The notes below the pieces were generated by a model, which saw only the letters and a program-made list of their open reading frames with translations, was not told the origin of the DNA and searched no databases. Made by a program: the position numbers and the translations under genes. Positions 48,081-60,574 of a stretch of 64,000 nucleotides of DNA are shown piece by piece. Each line of letters starts with the position of its first letter. Within the stretch, counting starts at the first letter, position 1. Location: NCBI GenBank assembly GCA_964106915.2, contig OZ066914.1, one strand, 5' to 3'. This stretch comes from Podarcis gaigeae. Taxonomy: Eukaryota.

Positions 48081-51000
48081 TATATACTTTTGCCATCAGA
48101 TTCATACACAGATGGGAGAGGTCGAGGTTGACTCTGTGCTGGCTTTGATCCTCTGTGTGCAACATTGTGTGGGCAGGACTCACAAGGCAAGTGATATATA
48201 GAAAGGATCATAGACTCATGTGGCATGCGCTTGCGAGTGACCTGATCGCAGACAAGCCATCATACATGTGGTTACCAAATACCCTGGCCCTGCCACAATT
48301 CATGCATTATGCATAAAAGCCACCTGGCCACTTCTCCGTGCTGACAGAGAGAAGAACATTTTGCTATTAGCTCCATGTTTTCTTGCTTAAAAAAAAAAAG
48401 AAGGAGGAAAGAAGAGGAATGGGGAAAAGACTCTCTTTAAGTCAGTTTGCTTTCTTCGGCTGCTCTCACGGCTCACACCATTCTTCCTCGAAATGTACAG
48501 TGACAGCTTAATAATATCATGTACCTGAGACTCTCCAGGTGGAACTCTCTGAGCGACAGGGGAATGATGCCAAACACAGCATCCCTGTGTGGAGCGTTCC
48601 CTCTTTCCACTGCAAAATGTGCAGGCACTTCCAGACTGTTGCCATTCCAGGTGGGATTCTACCACTTACTAGCAAATTCAGGTTGCACAGTTAAAGGTCA
48701 TTGGGTTCTCTTGTGCAACAAAACACACACACACACCACCGCCCCTTTTTGCAGTAAGGAAGGTGATAGCAAAATCCAGTTGGAAAGTATGAGATAACAA
48801 TTTCTTGATGCAAATGTCATATGTAACATTCCCGCAAATCGGAACGAATGCTCAATAAACAGCTGACATTTTATAGGCTCCCCACAAGCTTTGTGGAACT
48901 AAATCAGCATGAAGGCTCAACACAGAGGTCGCCTGGAAGATGTGCCTTCATCATGGTACACGTTTTAATGTGAAACGACCTCATTCACACTTTTTGAAAC
49001 AGCGCACAGATGGAAACTTGGGGATCCCTTGAAATTCACATTGCTTGGAATTTTGCCACATAGTTCTCCAACCAAGTCATGCGTACAAAAATGCATATAT
49101 CTGGGGGAAGTGAGCATAACAATACATATATTTGGAGAAAGAACATAGGAAATTACATCATGTCAGAGGAAATTGCTCACAGACAAGTGCATATTAGGGG
49201 AAATGCACTATAAAATACTGGTGGATTTTCACAATTACTCTTTTTTTTTTTTTAAGTCAGTATGTGAGGAACTGAATTTAAGACAAAGAAAAATGAGAAA
49301 TGGAGAGAAACTGAAATTGACAGATGCATTCAGCCCTAAACTGGGCAGGGGCTGACATTTTGGGTGGTGTCCCCAAGTTGGACATCACTTATAGATTTAT
49401 GAGTACCTCATCCTGCATAGGTTCTTGCATCCTCTGTGGGTGCCCTACATTGACAGGAGTTCATGTATAGGTTTACCACCCACCTGGATCCTCTGTCAGT
49501 GTCATTAGGGAGGTGCATTGCTAAACAGTTTTTCTGTTCATGTGTTATTCTGCTTAGCTTTGTGGTTTTAACAGACAGTATCCAATGAAGTAGTTCTGGT
49601 AGCAGAAGGACTTTTGGCTGCAGAAAGCAACTTTTTCTCCTTCTCCTCGCCCTGTGCACTGCCTAAATATGTTATGGGAGAGGTTCCCCTGACCCCTCAG
49701 TGCAGATTTGGCTGCAGAAATACACAGGAAGAGGAGAGGAAGAGCAATTCCCTTGCACAAGTGGGAATCCTTGAGCTAACAGTAGTACCATGTTGGCTAT
49801 TGCCCAATGGTTTTATTGCATCATATATTGTTTTGAATTGTATTTTGTGTAGTTTGCCCTGGAATCATTCAGTTGAAGGATGGTAGTTATGTGTAAATAA
49901 ATTGGTTGTACACCACATTGGGGCCTTTGGTGAAAGGTACATCCATTCTGTGGGAAGGGAAGGGAAGGGAAGGAAGAAACAAACAAACAAACGAATCTAC
50001 ACCTTGAAGAATTGTACAGCTCTTCCACTGATTTTTCTAAAAGCTGAATTTATAACTATTCCAATATAATTCTTAAAAGAATGGAAAGAGAATCTGAGGG
50101 CAAAGGATAGGAAGGGGGGGGGGAATAAGAGACTTTCGTTCATTACACTGTCTTGAGCAGCATATGTTACATGTCTCAGTCAAGATGACTGAGACATGAA
50201 TTATGGAAGCCATTTGAGATGTGTGTTAATTCTACCTGAACGGAACTGCAGGTTTAAAAATGACTTCTTCACCCTACCAAACACTGCATTCTGAGAAAAG
50301 GATAAGCAGCAAATGCAAGAGATATCAGATTTAGATGTCATGTTACTGCTGAAATGGTAGTCTGTTTGGAGCAAATGTGTACATTGTACATCAATCTGCT
50401 TTTGAAGTTATGCTAATTATTGCCAGTCTCTTCTGTGTATTAAGAACTGACAATTATTGCAAGTGAATCAATCTGTCCTGGGGAGATGTGAAGACAGTCT
50501 CCTTAAGTGGTGGACATCCCTTTGTCAAGAATGAGAAAGACAAATGGGCTTACTCACAAGTCCTCTGCTTGTGTTCCCTCAAGATTTTAATGATGATTTC
50601 ACACAAGCTCTACCCACTCATTACTCACAGGAAGGACAGTTGTGTGGTGACTAGGGAGGGAGCCCACCCTCTTAGCCCCAGGCAAATTGACATTGCATGC
50701 AGTTGTCCACAAAGAAACTGCAATGCCAAAATTGATGGACGTTGCCATCAAAATCATCTGCAGTGCCAAGACTGTTCTGCCTGAATGCCATGGGCTATGT
50801 TATCAAGATATTCAACTGAGCAAATGTCCTGATCACAGAGTACCCCTACATGAGCATGTGTGGTCCCAGGAAGTGGATGCAAAGCTGGAAAGAGGGTTAA
50901 TAGGAAGGCCACAACCCCCAGACACCACACAATTGCCCCCCCCACATGTGAGTGACATAAATTGGGATTCTGTCATATAGCTCCTTCTCTTACCCCTATG

Positions 51001-51420
51001 AGAAAATAGAGAGTACACACCCCTAACACAAGGGGTGCTGAGCATTGCTCGTTGGTCCAGCCATCCTCTTAACAATGGATTACTTGATGGTTGTGTGAAG
51101 GGGTCCTATGAACATACTGATGTATGCATGTAGAGTATGTGTGTGGGGACCATGACTGGTCCAGAATCCCTTCTCCCCCATAAAGAGTTCTGGCAGAACA
51201 TGCAGATGGTAGGGGACATGGCTTCTGAGTGTATCAGCAGCAGGTCATTTTGCTCCATGTGGATCAACAAGATGTCTTCTGCATTCCTTCAATGTGTGGC
51301 TGGGTTGTCCCAACCCTTCCCTTGGCGTGTTGATAAATCAGAGGGTCCAATGGGCAGTGGTTGACTCTCATATCCCAAAGACTCATTGTTGGAAAACATT
51401 GCCCCATTCTTAATTCAATA

Positions 51421-51462
51421 TGGAACTGAAGACATAAGGAAACTGACATGTCCAGTCTTCCA
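51421..51462 (+). ncRNA. Candidate type I hammerhead ribozyme with vestigial stem II
   Basis: UGGAA-CUGAAGA-C(AUAA)G-GAA-ACUG(ACAUGUC)CAGU-C-UUCCA: 5-bp stem I, intact core, 4-bp stem III, GUC triplet; stem II is a single C-G pair. Confidence 0.4.
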
Positions 51463-52110
51463 CTGCCATGGGGTCTGAACCCATGTCTGTCTCAAAGAAT
51501 GAACCCTCCAAATGCTCTCACCTGCTGTTGCTCACATTCAGGACATGAGAGACCTGTCCCCTCTGCTTAAGTGTGAAGGATGCCTGACTTTGGAGAACAA
51601 GGCTTCAGCTTCAGCTACCGTCAGTAGCAGCTACTGTTCCAGGGTCATATTTTATACAGCAGTAGCTTGAGTGCATCCACTCCATAAAGAACATTCTGTT
51701 TGCTTTGGAAACCTGAGCATACAATTCCCTCAGGCATCTGTGTGCAAGCCGTCCCGTGTGAGTCAGTAGCAGGGGACAAAGCAAAAAGGCCTCCATCTGA
51801 CAGGGCTTTCAAAAAGAGAGTGGCTGTGAGATACAGAATCAGAGCTGCAGATAGCCAGGCTATGCCTCCCATTCCGGAATTTACAAAAATAATTTTTCTA
51901 CATTTCCTGTTTTACCTGAATTTGTTCTGGTTTTTTTCTCTCTCTTTCTTTCTTGCAAAGTCTTTATTGCACTGGGGATAGTGGAAGATGAGAACATCTG
52001 TCTCCTATCTAGTAAAAGGCTTTGGGAACATATGTGTTTGTACTAAGTGGATTGCAAAACACATACACATGCACACACAAACCCTCTCATGATCTCGAGT
52101 TTGTACGTGG

Positions 52111-52112
<2 letters not shown>

Positions 52113-52169
<57 letters not shown>
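52113..52169. repeat. Compound microsatellite (TG)n(AG)n
   Basis: Directly visible. Confidence 0.97.
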
Positions 52170-52172
<3 letters not shown>

Positions 52173-52409
52173 ACAGAAAATGTAAACTTGGTTATCATTT
52201 TTTTTCTAAATACATCTGATCTAGCACAAGTGCTATAATTGGATGCTCACCGATTTCTCCAGAGGGACATTTCCAGTCCAAATCTTAAAGCTGCCTCTTC
52301 TTGAATGTACAAGCTGTTGGGAGAGGCAGAGTGAGTGAACCAGAAACTGATTCACGAATGGATTGTCTATAAAAGAGGTGGTGTTCTGCTAGGCGCTCAC
52401 AGCGTAAGT

Positions 52410-52505
52410 TGAAAACCCCAAGTTCAAATCTCACTTTGGCTATTAGGTCACTGGGTCACCTCCTGGTTTCAGTCCCCATCCATAACATGGGATTATAAAT
52501 ACTGA
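52410..52505 (+). mobile_element. Old MIR/CORE-SINE fragment
   Basis: GTTCAAATCT B-box, then TTTCAGTCCCCATCCATAACATGGGATTATAAATAC resembling the MIR core. Confidence 0.55.
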
Positions 52506-52912
52506 TGATAAGTCCATGTGCCCCAACAGTAGAGACCCAGGCCACCATACATTTGTTTCAGTTGGACCTGAAACAAAATTACCTTTTTTATTTTATTTTT
52601 TATTTATTAGATTTATATATCACCCTTCATTGAAAGATCTCAGGGTGGTTCACAAGGTAAAAACACAGGACCCAAATTAAGACAGTGGAGCCCCAGTTCC
52701 TCACATGTCTCTTTCAGGTTCCTCTCCGTGGTTCTTTGTTTAACAATCAAACCCTCTTTCACAGGGAACTCTGGGAATTGTGAGGAGAATAGGGGTCTCC
52801 CAACCACATGCAGCACCCTTGGCAAACTACAGTTCCCAGGACTTTTTGCGCGGGCTAGGGTGGGTGGCAAGAGCAATGACTGGTAAGGGTGCTTTAAATA
52901 TAAGGTGTACAT

Positions 52913-53209
52913 GAAGAACAAGAAGAACAAGAACAACAAGAACAACAAGAACAACAAGAACAACAAGAAGAGGAGGAGTTTGGATTTGATCTTCCGCTTT
53001 ATCACTAGCCTAAGGAGTCTCAAAGCAGCTAACAATCTCCTTTCCCTTCCTCCCCCACAGCAAACACTCTGTGAGGTGAGTGAGGCTGAGAGACTTCAGA
53101 GAAGTGTGACTGGCCCAAGGTCACCCAGCAGCCACATGTGGAAGAGCAGAGAATCGAACCTGGTTCACCAGATTACAAGTCCACCGCTCTGAACCACTAC
53201 ACCACACTG
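52913..53209 (-). mobile_element. CORE-type tRNA SINE, copy 2, with (AAGAACAAC)n tail
   Basis: Colinear with 18940-19180. Confidence 0.9.
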
Positions 53210-53354
53210 GGGTGAGGCAAGGCAGGAGCAAGCATTGGTCCCTGCCAAGCACCGAGGTAACAAGATTCTGCATGCTGATGCTGTCTCCACATCCAGTTGT
53301 GAAGTCACTGTAGTTCCAGGTCCCTGCTCTATAAATATCAGCTGATCATCTGTG

Positions 53355-53592
53355 TTAGCAAGCAGGCCTGTTGAACCATCGTGGGCTGTGATAACTATGC
53401 TCTACACCCACAGTCAGAGTGGTAATGCTTCTGAACATCAGTGGCTGGAAACCACTGGAGGAGATAGTAGTCCTATGCTTGGATCCTGTTTGAAGGTTGT
53501 GCATTGGCTTTTGGCTGCCCACTCTGAGAAGAGGATGCTGGACTAGATGGGCCTTTGGCCTGATCCAGCGGGATCTTCTTACGTTCTTAGGA
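53355..53592 (+). mobile_element. CR1 LINE 3'UTR
   Basis: GAGGATGCTGGACTAGATGGGCCTTTGGCCTGATCCAGC..TCTTCTTACGTTCTTA; reverse-complement homolog of 30535-30742. Confidence 0.85.
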
Positions 53593-53962
53593 ACCAAAGC
53601 TGCCATCTCTTCACACGAGACAACACAGTAGCATTCTCTTTACAATATATTTATCCATTCACATTTTCTCATTCTTTTTTTCTTCACCTCCACGCCGCCA
53701 CATGTAGGTTTTGCAAAGCATACATAAGAAACCGAATGGTTGTGGGGGGGGGCACACTTTATTTCCCCCGCCGTTTCAGTAAATTGAACAGATTATGTAG
53801 TGGATCTGGCAAGGTCACCCCAGCTGACGTAACAGCGCAGGAACGCAAAGTGACATTCCATGATATCACGCAAAATGATGAAAACCACATCTTGCGCTTA
53901 AGACTGGAGTGGTGTTTAAGAATTCAAACGGCTGGTTTTGGCAGACGTCTAATTGTAATACT

Positions 53963-54109
53963 NNNNNNNNNNNNNNNNNNNNNNNNNNNNNNNNNNNNNN
54001 NNNNNNNNNNNNNNNNNNNNNNNNNNNNNNNNNNNNNNNNNNNNNNNNNNNNNNNNNNNNNNNNNNNNNNNNNNNNNNNNNNNNNNNNNNNNNNNNNNNN
54101 NNNNNNNNN
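53963..54109. other. Assembly gap (147 N)
   Basis: Run of N. Confidence 0.99.
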
Positions 54110-55268
54110 GTATAAGCTGATTCTTTTAATTTACCCTCTTTGTTTAAGGGGGGGGAAATTAAATTAATCTTATCACAAGTGTAATGAGTAATTGATTTTA
54201 TTTTAGTATTATTATTGTTATTATTATTATTTTGCACTTGAGTCCAAAGTGACAGAGTTAAGATTGCCTGGCTTTCAACCGCTTCATCTTTTCGAAGGCA
54301 AACACAAAGAGTCAGAGGCCTCTCAATTTTCTGTTTCCCCCCAAGACTATAATAATATTAACATTTAAATCAGAGCATCTATTTGAAAATACAATAATCT
54401 AAAAGATTTAGCCATAGGGCAAAACTCAGAAACAATGTGAGGCTCCAGTAAGCATATGGAACTCTGGGCTAGGAACAGGAAGGAAGAGGGACTTTGCTTG
54501 TTTCGCACTTCCGGAATGGATATGCAAACTGAAATACAGCTATCCTTTGAAATCCAAATTTATCCAAATTTCGGGATGCAACTTTCCAACAACAGCAAAA
54601 AGAAAACATACAAAAATATGAATATTAGGGGGGAAACTTTCAACAGAAATGCATATATTGCAGAAAATCACCTTGTCCTCTCAATATATATGGCCACCCA
54701 GCTATTTGGATCTGCCAAACTGGCTCTGCTAAAGAAATGCCACATTCTGCATTTCTAAGAAGTCAAAATTTTAGTTCAGCCACACCCACACTGCAAAACT
54801 CCCTGCCTCTTCCCTAGGTGCCCAGTGAAAACATTTTTTCTTTAGGAAAGCCTATCCGGACATATAGAATGTTGACACGTGTTTTAATCTGATATTGACC
54901 TCATTTTTATTTTTTATTTTGACTTACTTTGAATGTTTTAAACAGTTGTTTTTAGGATTATGATAGTCAGCATCATCATCACAATCCGATGTGGAAACGG
55001 AGCAAATTAAACATGTTTAGAAGAAGGACAACATTTAGAGAGGCTGGAATTAATAGATCCACCCATTGCTATAATGGTCAAAGCAATACTGACTTTTGCC
55101 ATGGAAGTCAGTCTTTCCAACCAACATGCCACAAGTCATCGGAGGAGGCAAAATCTCTTGTCCTGTTCCTTCTGGCTAGCTCGTCCCCTTCATTCCCTTC
55201 CTGAATTTCTTTAATTGGCAGGATTTCTAAAATTAATTCCAGAAATTACTGTGGGAGGGGCTATTAAA

Positions 55269-55402
55269 CAGGGATGGGGGATCTGTGTCCTTCATGTTGT
55301 TGCTGGACTGAAACTCCCATCTTTCCTGACTATCGGCCAGGCTAGCTGGGGCTGAGGGGAGTCCAACAACGTGTGGAGGGCCGCAACCCCCCGCATCCAT
55401 GC
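55269..55402. mobile_element. hAT-type palindromic MITE
   Basis: CAGGGATGGGG ... CCCCGCATCCATG ends with a GGACT..CTCCC / GGGAGTCCAACAAC core. Confidence 0.7.
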
Positions 55403-55511
55403 CTTAAAACAATACTTAGTCCAGGACTCCAGCAATGACTCTGTTGGACAGAATGTGCTTTAATAAATATTGTTAATTCAGGCTTCTCAATACACTTACT
55501 TGCAAAGCAAT

Positions 55512-56306
55512 TTGCGTGTTCAGACCCAGAAACCTCCCCCCTAAATAAATTCACACATGACTCAAATTTTTGGTTTTGGTTTTTTGTCAGAATTTAGGCC
55601 ACAACTTTATTGATTACAGAAAGTGACTGGTTGCATAGGCTCTGGTTCGACTAGCTCCCTGCCATGCAGATAGCGCTAAGCCAGGGTTCTAGCATAGGTC
55701 AGCCAAGGGTGAACACCAGGATAGGCAGAAAGCCGGCAATGGGCTAACTCTGCCACACAAATGTGCCCCTGGATTCAGGCAGGGGCACAACCCCCTCTCA
55801 GGGGTTGACCAAACCTTCAAGTCCCTGGATTCCATTAACGGAATACCCTTCACATAGGGATGGTGAGAGCATTCTCCCATCCCTATCACCTTTGATAGGG
55901 CCTATCTGCAACCTTACAAGTTGTGACAATTTGCTACGTGGCAGGCGAAATCCAAATGGCAATAGCCAATCAGCCAAGTGGGGAAAATTCCTGCCGTGCC
56001 CCTGTCCCAACAACAGACGGCACACGACGGCATAGCAAGGTCAAGTGCAATAAGCCCTAAAAGTAGGGAGAGGTGGGCGGGTGTTCCGAATGCACACGAT
56101 GAAAGAGGAAGCTCTGGGTCACATGCATGGGCATAAATAGGTCCCTCAAAGCGTTTGACCTGTGTCCCATTGGCCAGATTGCTCTCAGCTACGAGGGACC
56201 TACCAATCGGGTGTTGTGGCTGACCAATCGTACCCACCCACAACACAGGGTGTCGGTTGTCCAGGTCTCACCGCAATACGTTCCCTCTTTAAGGGAGGAA
56301 CCAATT
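55512..56306 (-). mobile_element. LTR-like terminal-repeat element, probably DIRS/Ngaro-type (copy B)
   Basis: Reverse complement is colinear with 24271-25019 end to end; the ORF-track peptides from both copies match (e.g. GQGHGRNF.HLADWL.PFGFRLP). Confidence 0.65.
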
Positions 56307-57606
56307 TCCTTCAAAAAAATGCATGTTCCTTTCACCAATATAAGCATTTCTATGCATTTTTTTTTCCAAATAGCTGGCTAGAGAATTGTGTTTGCAAAAG
56401 TCAGAGATGTGTGGATTCTGAAACGTGTTTCCAAAAGTGCAAATTAGGCAGGCTCGCCTTTAAATCTGAACTGAATTGAATTGCTCCCTCTTCTCTAACA
56501 CCTATGGCAAGCCTAGTCTAAAGTAAGCGATTTTGGTGCTGGAAGTTGCAGCATGATTCATATGTGTAGCTGGTCCCTTTTTATTTAGCCCCTTGTAGGG
56601 TGGGGTCCAAACACAAACCATCATTTCTTACATTAACAAGGGCAAGTTCACGTTCTATTTGGGGCATTGCTGGATATTCTCCTCACACCTGAATCGGCCA
56701 AGCTTGCAGTGTGCACATCCTACCTGAATTGGCCCTATGTTTTGTTTACCCTGTGAGCATCTTTTTTGGAGAACATTGTGTTTTTGTAAATTATTTCTTC
56801 TACATTAAAGCTAAGCTAGTTCTCATTTAAATTAGCAGTGTCCGTTCCTGCTCCCCTTCCTCTCTCTCTCTCTGGTGTGTGTGTTTTTTTTTTTTTAAGA
56901 CAAGCAATTTAGTAATTAGAAGTCCTTTCATTAAGTTAGATGTGCTCTCAGCATGGGTTATCCTGGGTGTTGTTGTTTTCCCCCCTCAGGAGGGCTATTT
57001 GTTCCCTAGTAGCTTGGCTCTCTCCCACCTCCTGGCCCATAAAGCTAATGTTTCCCATTTACAGCCTTGATTGTGATTTTTACTGTCTGTGTCACCACTG
57101 CAACCATCAGGACCCTCCTTTCAATTCGAGGTTGATTGGTTGAATCTGTCTCCAAGTAACTCTGCCTCTGTTTATTTTGTACAAACATCATTACAACATT
57201 GCAGGGCATACACAGACACACATACATATTTCAAATGTAGGCTAAAGTGGTGACTTAGAAGACTAAAGGGGGTTAATTTATGGAGTCTGCTATTTGACAG
57301 AGACTGGTATTACTCCTGGAGATGGAAGACAGGATTATCAATCCTGAATTTGCAACAAGGGTGCATGAGAGTCACCAGGCATTGGTTGTTATGTGTGGTT
57401 TCCCCCAAATATTTTCCCACCAAAAGGAGGGATGATGCAAATATAGCAAAAATTGTATTGTGTGGAGGATAAACTTCACTCATTATAATGCTACGCAAGA
57501 AAACACACTTTCCCTATTGACTTCTTCAATTGCTCTTGCAATCATTAAAAAAAAGAAGACAACAACACCTCTATGCTGTTTTTCAAGGACTCAGATGTAG
57601 AACAGG

Positions 57607-57927
57607 AAAATAGGAAGTTGCTCTGTACTGAGTCAGACTCCCAGTCCACCTTGTTCAGTATTGTCTAGGCCAGGGATAGAGAACCTGTGCTTCTCCCCAT
57701 GTCCCAGCTGCCGTCTATTGGCAATGGCTGGGGTGGATGGGAATTGGAGTCCAAATACACCTAGAAGGCTACAGGTTCCCCAGCCCTGGCCAACACCGAC
57801 TGGCAGCAGATGTCCAGAGTTCTAGACAGAGGCTTCTCCCATCTCTCCCTGATGACATTGGGGGATTGAAACTTGGACCCTCTACATGCAAAAGCATGTG
57901 CTCTGCCACTGAACCACAGCCCTTGCC
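57607..57927 (-). mobile_element. tRNA-derived SINE interrupted by a hAT-type MITE (57671-57788)
   Basis: SINE head GGGCTGTGGTTCAGTGGCAGAGCACATGC on the minus strand; insert bounded by CAGGGATAGAGAACCTGT / ACAGGTTCCCCAGCCCTG. Confidence 0.75.
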
Positions 57928-58904
57928 CAAATCTCTGCCTCTTAAGTCTGTGTGGGTTTAGTCCTTCCAGTCCTCTTTATGCATGTAAATGGGGGAATGG
58001 ATATGCAGCATCAGTCCTTGTGACTGGCAGTTACTGTGGAACCTTTGGGCTGGCTAATCCCTGGCATAATTCTGTGATGCCAGGAAAGGCCACGGTTCCA
58101 AAGAACACTCAGAACCTTAAAGTCGGTTTTCATATGTACTACCTAATAATGAATAGGGATACTTGAAGAATTAGTTCTTTGCAAACTAACCTTATCCACT
58201 AACCTTATCCTTAACTTTATCTCTTGGATTAATGTTTGAATCAGAAGGGAGTCATCCTGCAGATTTGGGAGTTCTCTGAATTTTGTATTTCTTTGTGCAT
58301 ATGTTTTTTGTTTTTTTTCCTTGACAAAACTGGGAGAATTAAGGCTGGGAAAATATGTCAATTTCAGTTTCTTCTTTTCTAGTCTGAAATTCAGTTCTTC
58401 ACATTTCCACGTCAACTGATGATGATTACAACTTTTTTTAAAGTCTTCCTGAAAATTCACTTGCATTTTAGCACAAATTTGTCCGAATGTACACATGCTT
58501 GTATGCAGTTTTCCCTAACAAACCCACACCCACCATGGGGGGGCATGAGGGATGCATGGGGGGAGGAGAGGAGGGAAGAACCCCATTGTGCTAGTGGGAG
58601 CCCTTGTACTGATTCCTTTGACTGCTCTCTTGAATCTGACACAAAGTGCTTGGAGTGGATCAACTTGAATCCCTTTTTTCCTAATCAGGTTCACCAGCAA
58701 TGGTGGGAGCCAAAGGAAATGTACTTCCCATGGTCTCCGCCACTGCTCACTAATGCTGTGCAAGCTTGAAGCATCATACCAGGATGAACAGGGATCGCCT
58801 GATGCAAACCTTCCCCATCACTGACACTCTGTTGGTTAAGGGAAATGAGGGCGATAGAGAACTTCCATATGGGCCCCCGGTTGGATCTCACTGGTGGAAG
58901 CAAT

Positions 58905-59118
58905 CATGATAAAAAGGTTAAACATGGATAGGACTTGGGGATAGTATTAAGACCTCCTTGAATACCAAGAGGGTAATATAAAACTAAGAGAGAGACAGGA
59001 GGTCTCTAACTGGATATCTGATTGGTTTCAATATTTTCAAATAAATGACATGTTCAAAAAAGATAAAGAAAGTGGATTTATTCAAGAAGGCTCAGAATCT
59101 GAGAAAGTGATTTTGGGG

Positions 59119-59153
<35 letters not shown>

Positions 59154-60010
59154 TACACACACGTGTGTGTGTGTGTGTGTATTGCTGGAATGGGAGACTA
59201 AAGATGAACTCATAAAAGGAAGCAATGATAAAATGGACCATTGATATTGGGCATAATATTGAAATTGATGAATGGGGAAAACTATGGAACCAAACAATGA
59301 ACTTCTTCTCTGCATGTTATCAAATAAGAGAAGACATGCAAAAAATCAAATACAGGTGGTATTTGACCCCGGTCAAATTACCTAAAATGTATAAAAGAGA
59401 TTCAAAATTTTGTTGGAAATGCCTAGAAGTTGAGGGTACACTTATTCACTTATGGTGGAAATGCAACCAGGCAAAGGAATTTTGGGAAATGGTCTATTAC
59501 AAGTTTTTTTTAAAAAAATCTTTAAATTCACATTCCCTAAGAAACCGGAAGCATTCCTTCTTGGTATAATTGGAAATGAGTTACCAAAAAAGTCCATAAC
59601 ATATTTTTATATGCAACAACAACTGCAAGGACAGTATACTCAAGGTATTGGAAACAAGCAGAGATCCCAGGGAAAGAACAATGGTTAAATAAACTAATGG
59701 AATATGCAGAGCTTTCAAGTTTGACATCTAAAATAAGAAATATAAATGATAAATGAGGAGTGAGCGGGAGTAACGAGGGGAATATTTACAAAAAATTGAT
59801 CTCAAAGATAAATTTCAGGTAGGGGATACTTCTTGACCAACAGCTGATAATGTAAAAGATACAAGAAAGTTGAAAATAAGGTGAAGGAATTACTGTATAT
59901 GCAGCTAAATAAGATATACAAAGGACTGTCATGGAATGCTGGGTGAAAAGTCCAAAATAATTACTGTATAAATATGGGAAATGATATGAGTGTATGGGTG
60001 AAAACTTAAT
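58905..60010 (+). mobile_element. L1-clade LINE ORF2 C-terminal fragment and 3'UTR
   Basis: ORF 59225-59569 has YRWYLTP.KL..MY...CWKC..EGTLIHLWWKC..FW (CCHC zinc knuckle), continuing after a frameshift with KPEAFLLG; followed by (TAA)n(TACA)n at ~60007-60060. Confidence 0.9.
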
Positions 60011-60574
60011 AATAATAATAATAATAATAATACATACATACATACATACATACATACATACGGAGAAGGGGAGCAGTTTTAGCTAGGCATTGGCCCACAC
60101 TCCAGAGAACTCCAGACCTGAGCCTCAACTAAGGGGATGGGGCAGATACCAAGGATTCAGTGTGATTCTTTTCACACCATTAAGGGATGTGAGAAGAGTT
60201 TTAATCAGACTAGCAGGTGGGGTCATCAGTTACACTCTCATAACGTCCTTAGCAGTTGAGGGCCCTGTGGAAATGTCTGAACACTTTCCAAAGTTTGTGA
60301 AGGATGGTCACAAGAAGCAAACAGAGAACAATACAATGACTGTATTTTGAAAGGCATCAGATGGAAATATTCTGGGCATTAAAGGGGGGTGGGGAAGAGT
60401 AGCTTGGTCTATTGGTTTCCAAGCAATGACAATTAACAGAAAAACAGATTTCTGATTTCTGGAGAGGACAAGAGATATACCGGAGAAAGTAAGGAGTTGG
60501 GACCTCTTCTAGCAGCTGAACATTCTTCCTAGGCAGACCCCCCCCCCCTTCGCTCCCACCCCAAGACCTCTGCT

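Noticed and set aside
50920-50950. Minus-strand GGAI resembling the Harbinger GAIDGTH motif
   Set aside because: The catalytic DGTH and downstream motifs are absent.
52913-52970. Regular (AAGAACAAC)n array
   Set aside because: SINE tail microsatellite without unique spacers; not CRISPR-like or coding.
53547-54167. 206-aa ORF and other ORFs spanning N-runs
   Set aside because: Length is inflated by the assembly gap, and it starts within a CR1 tail.
57849-57885. CTGATGA...GAAA hammerhead-like core
   Set aside because: No stem II or stem I pairing, and it is explained by the antisense SINE B-box. Similar cores at ~15942 (+), ~32515 (-) and ~6144 (+) also lack stems or GAAA.
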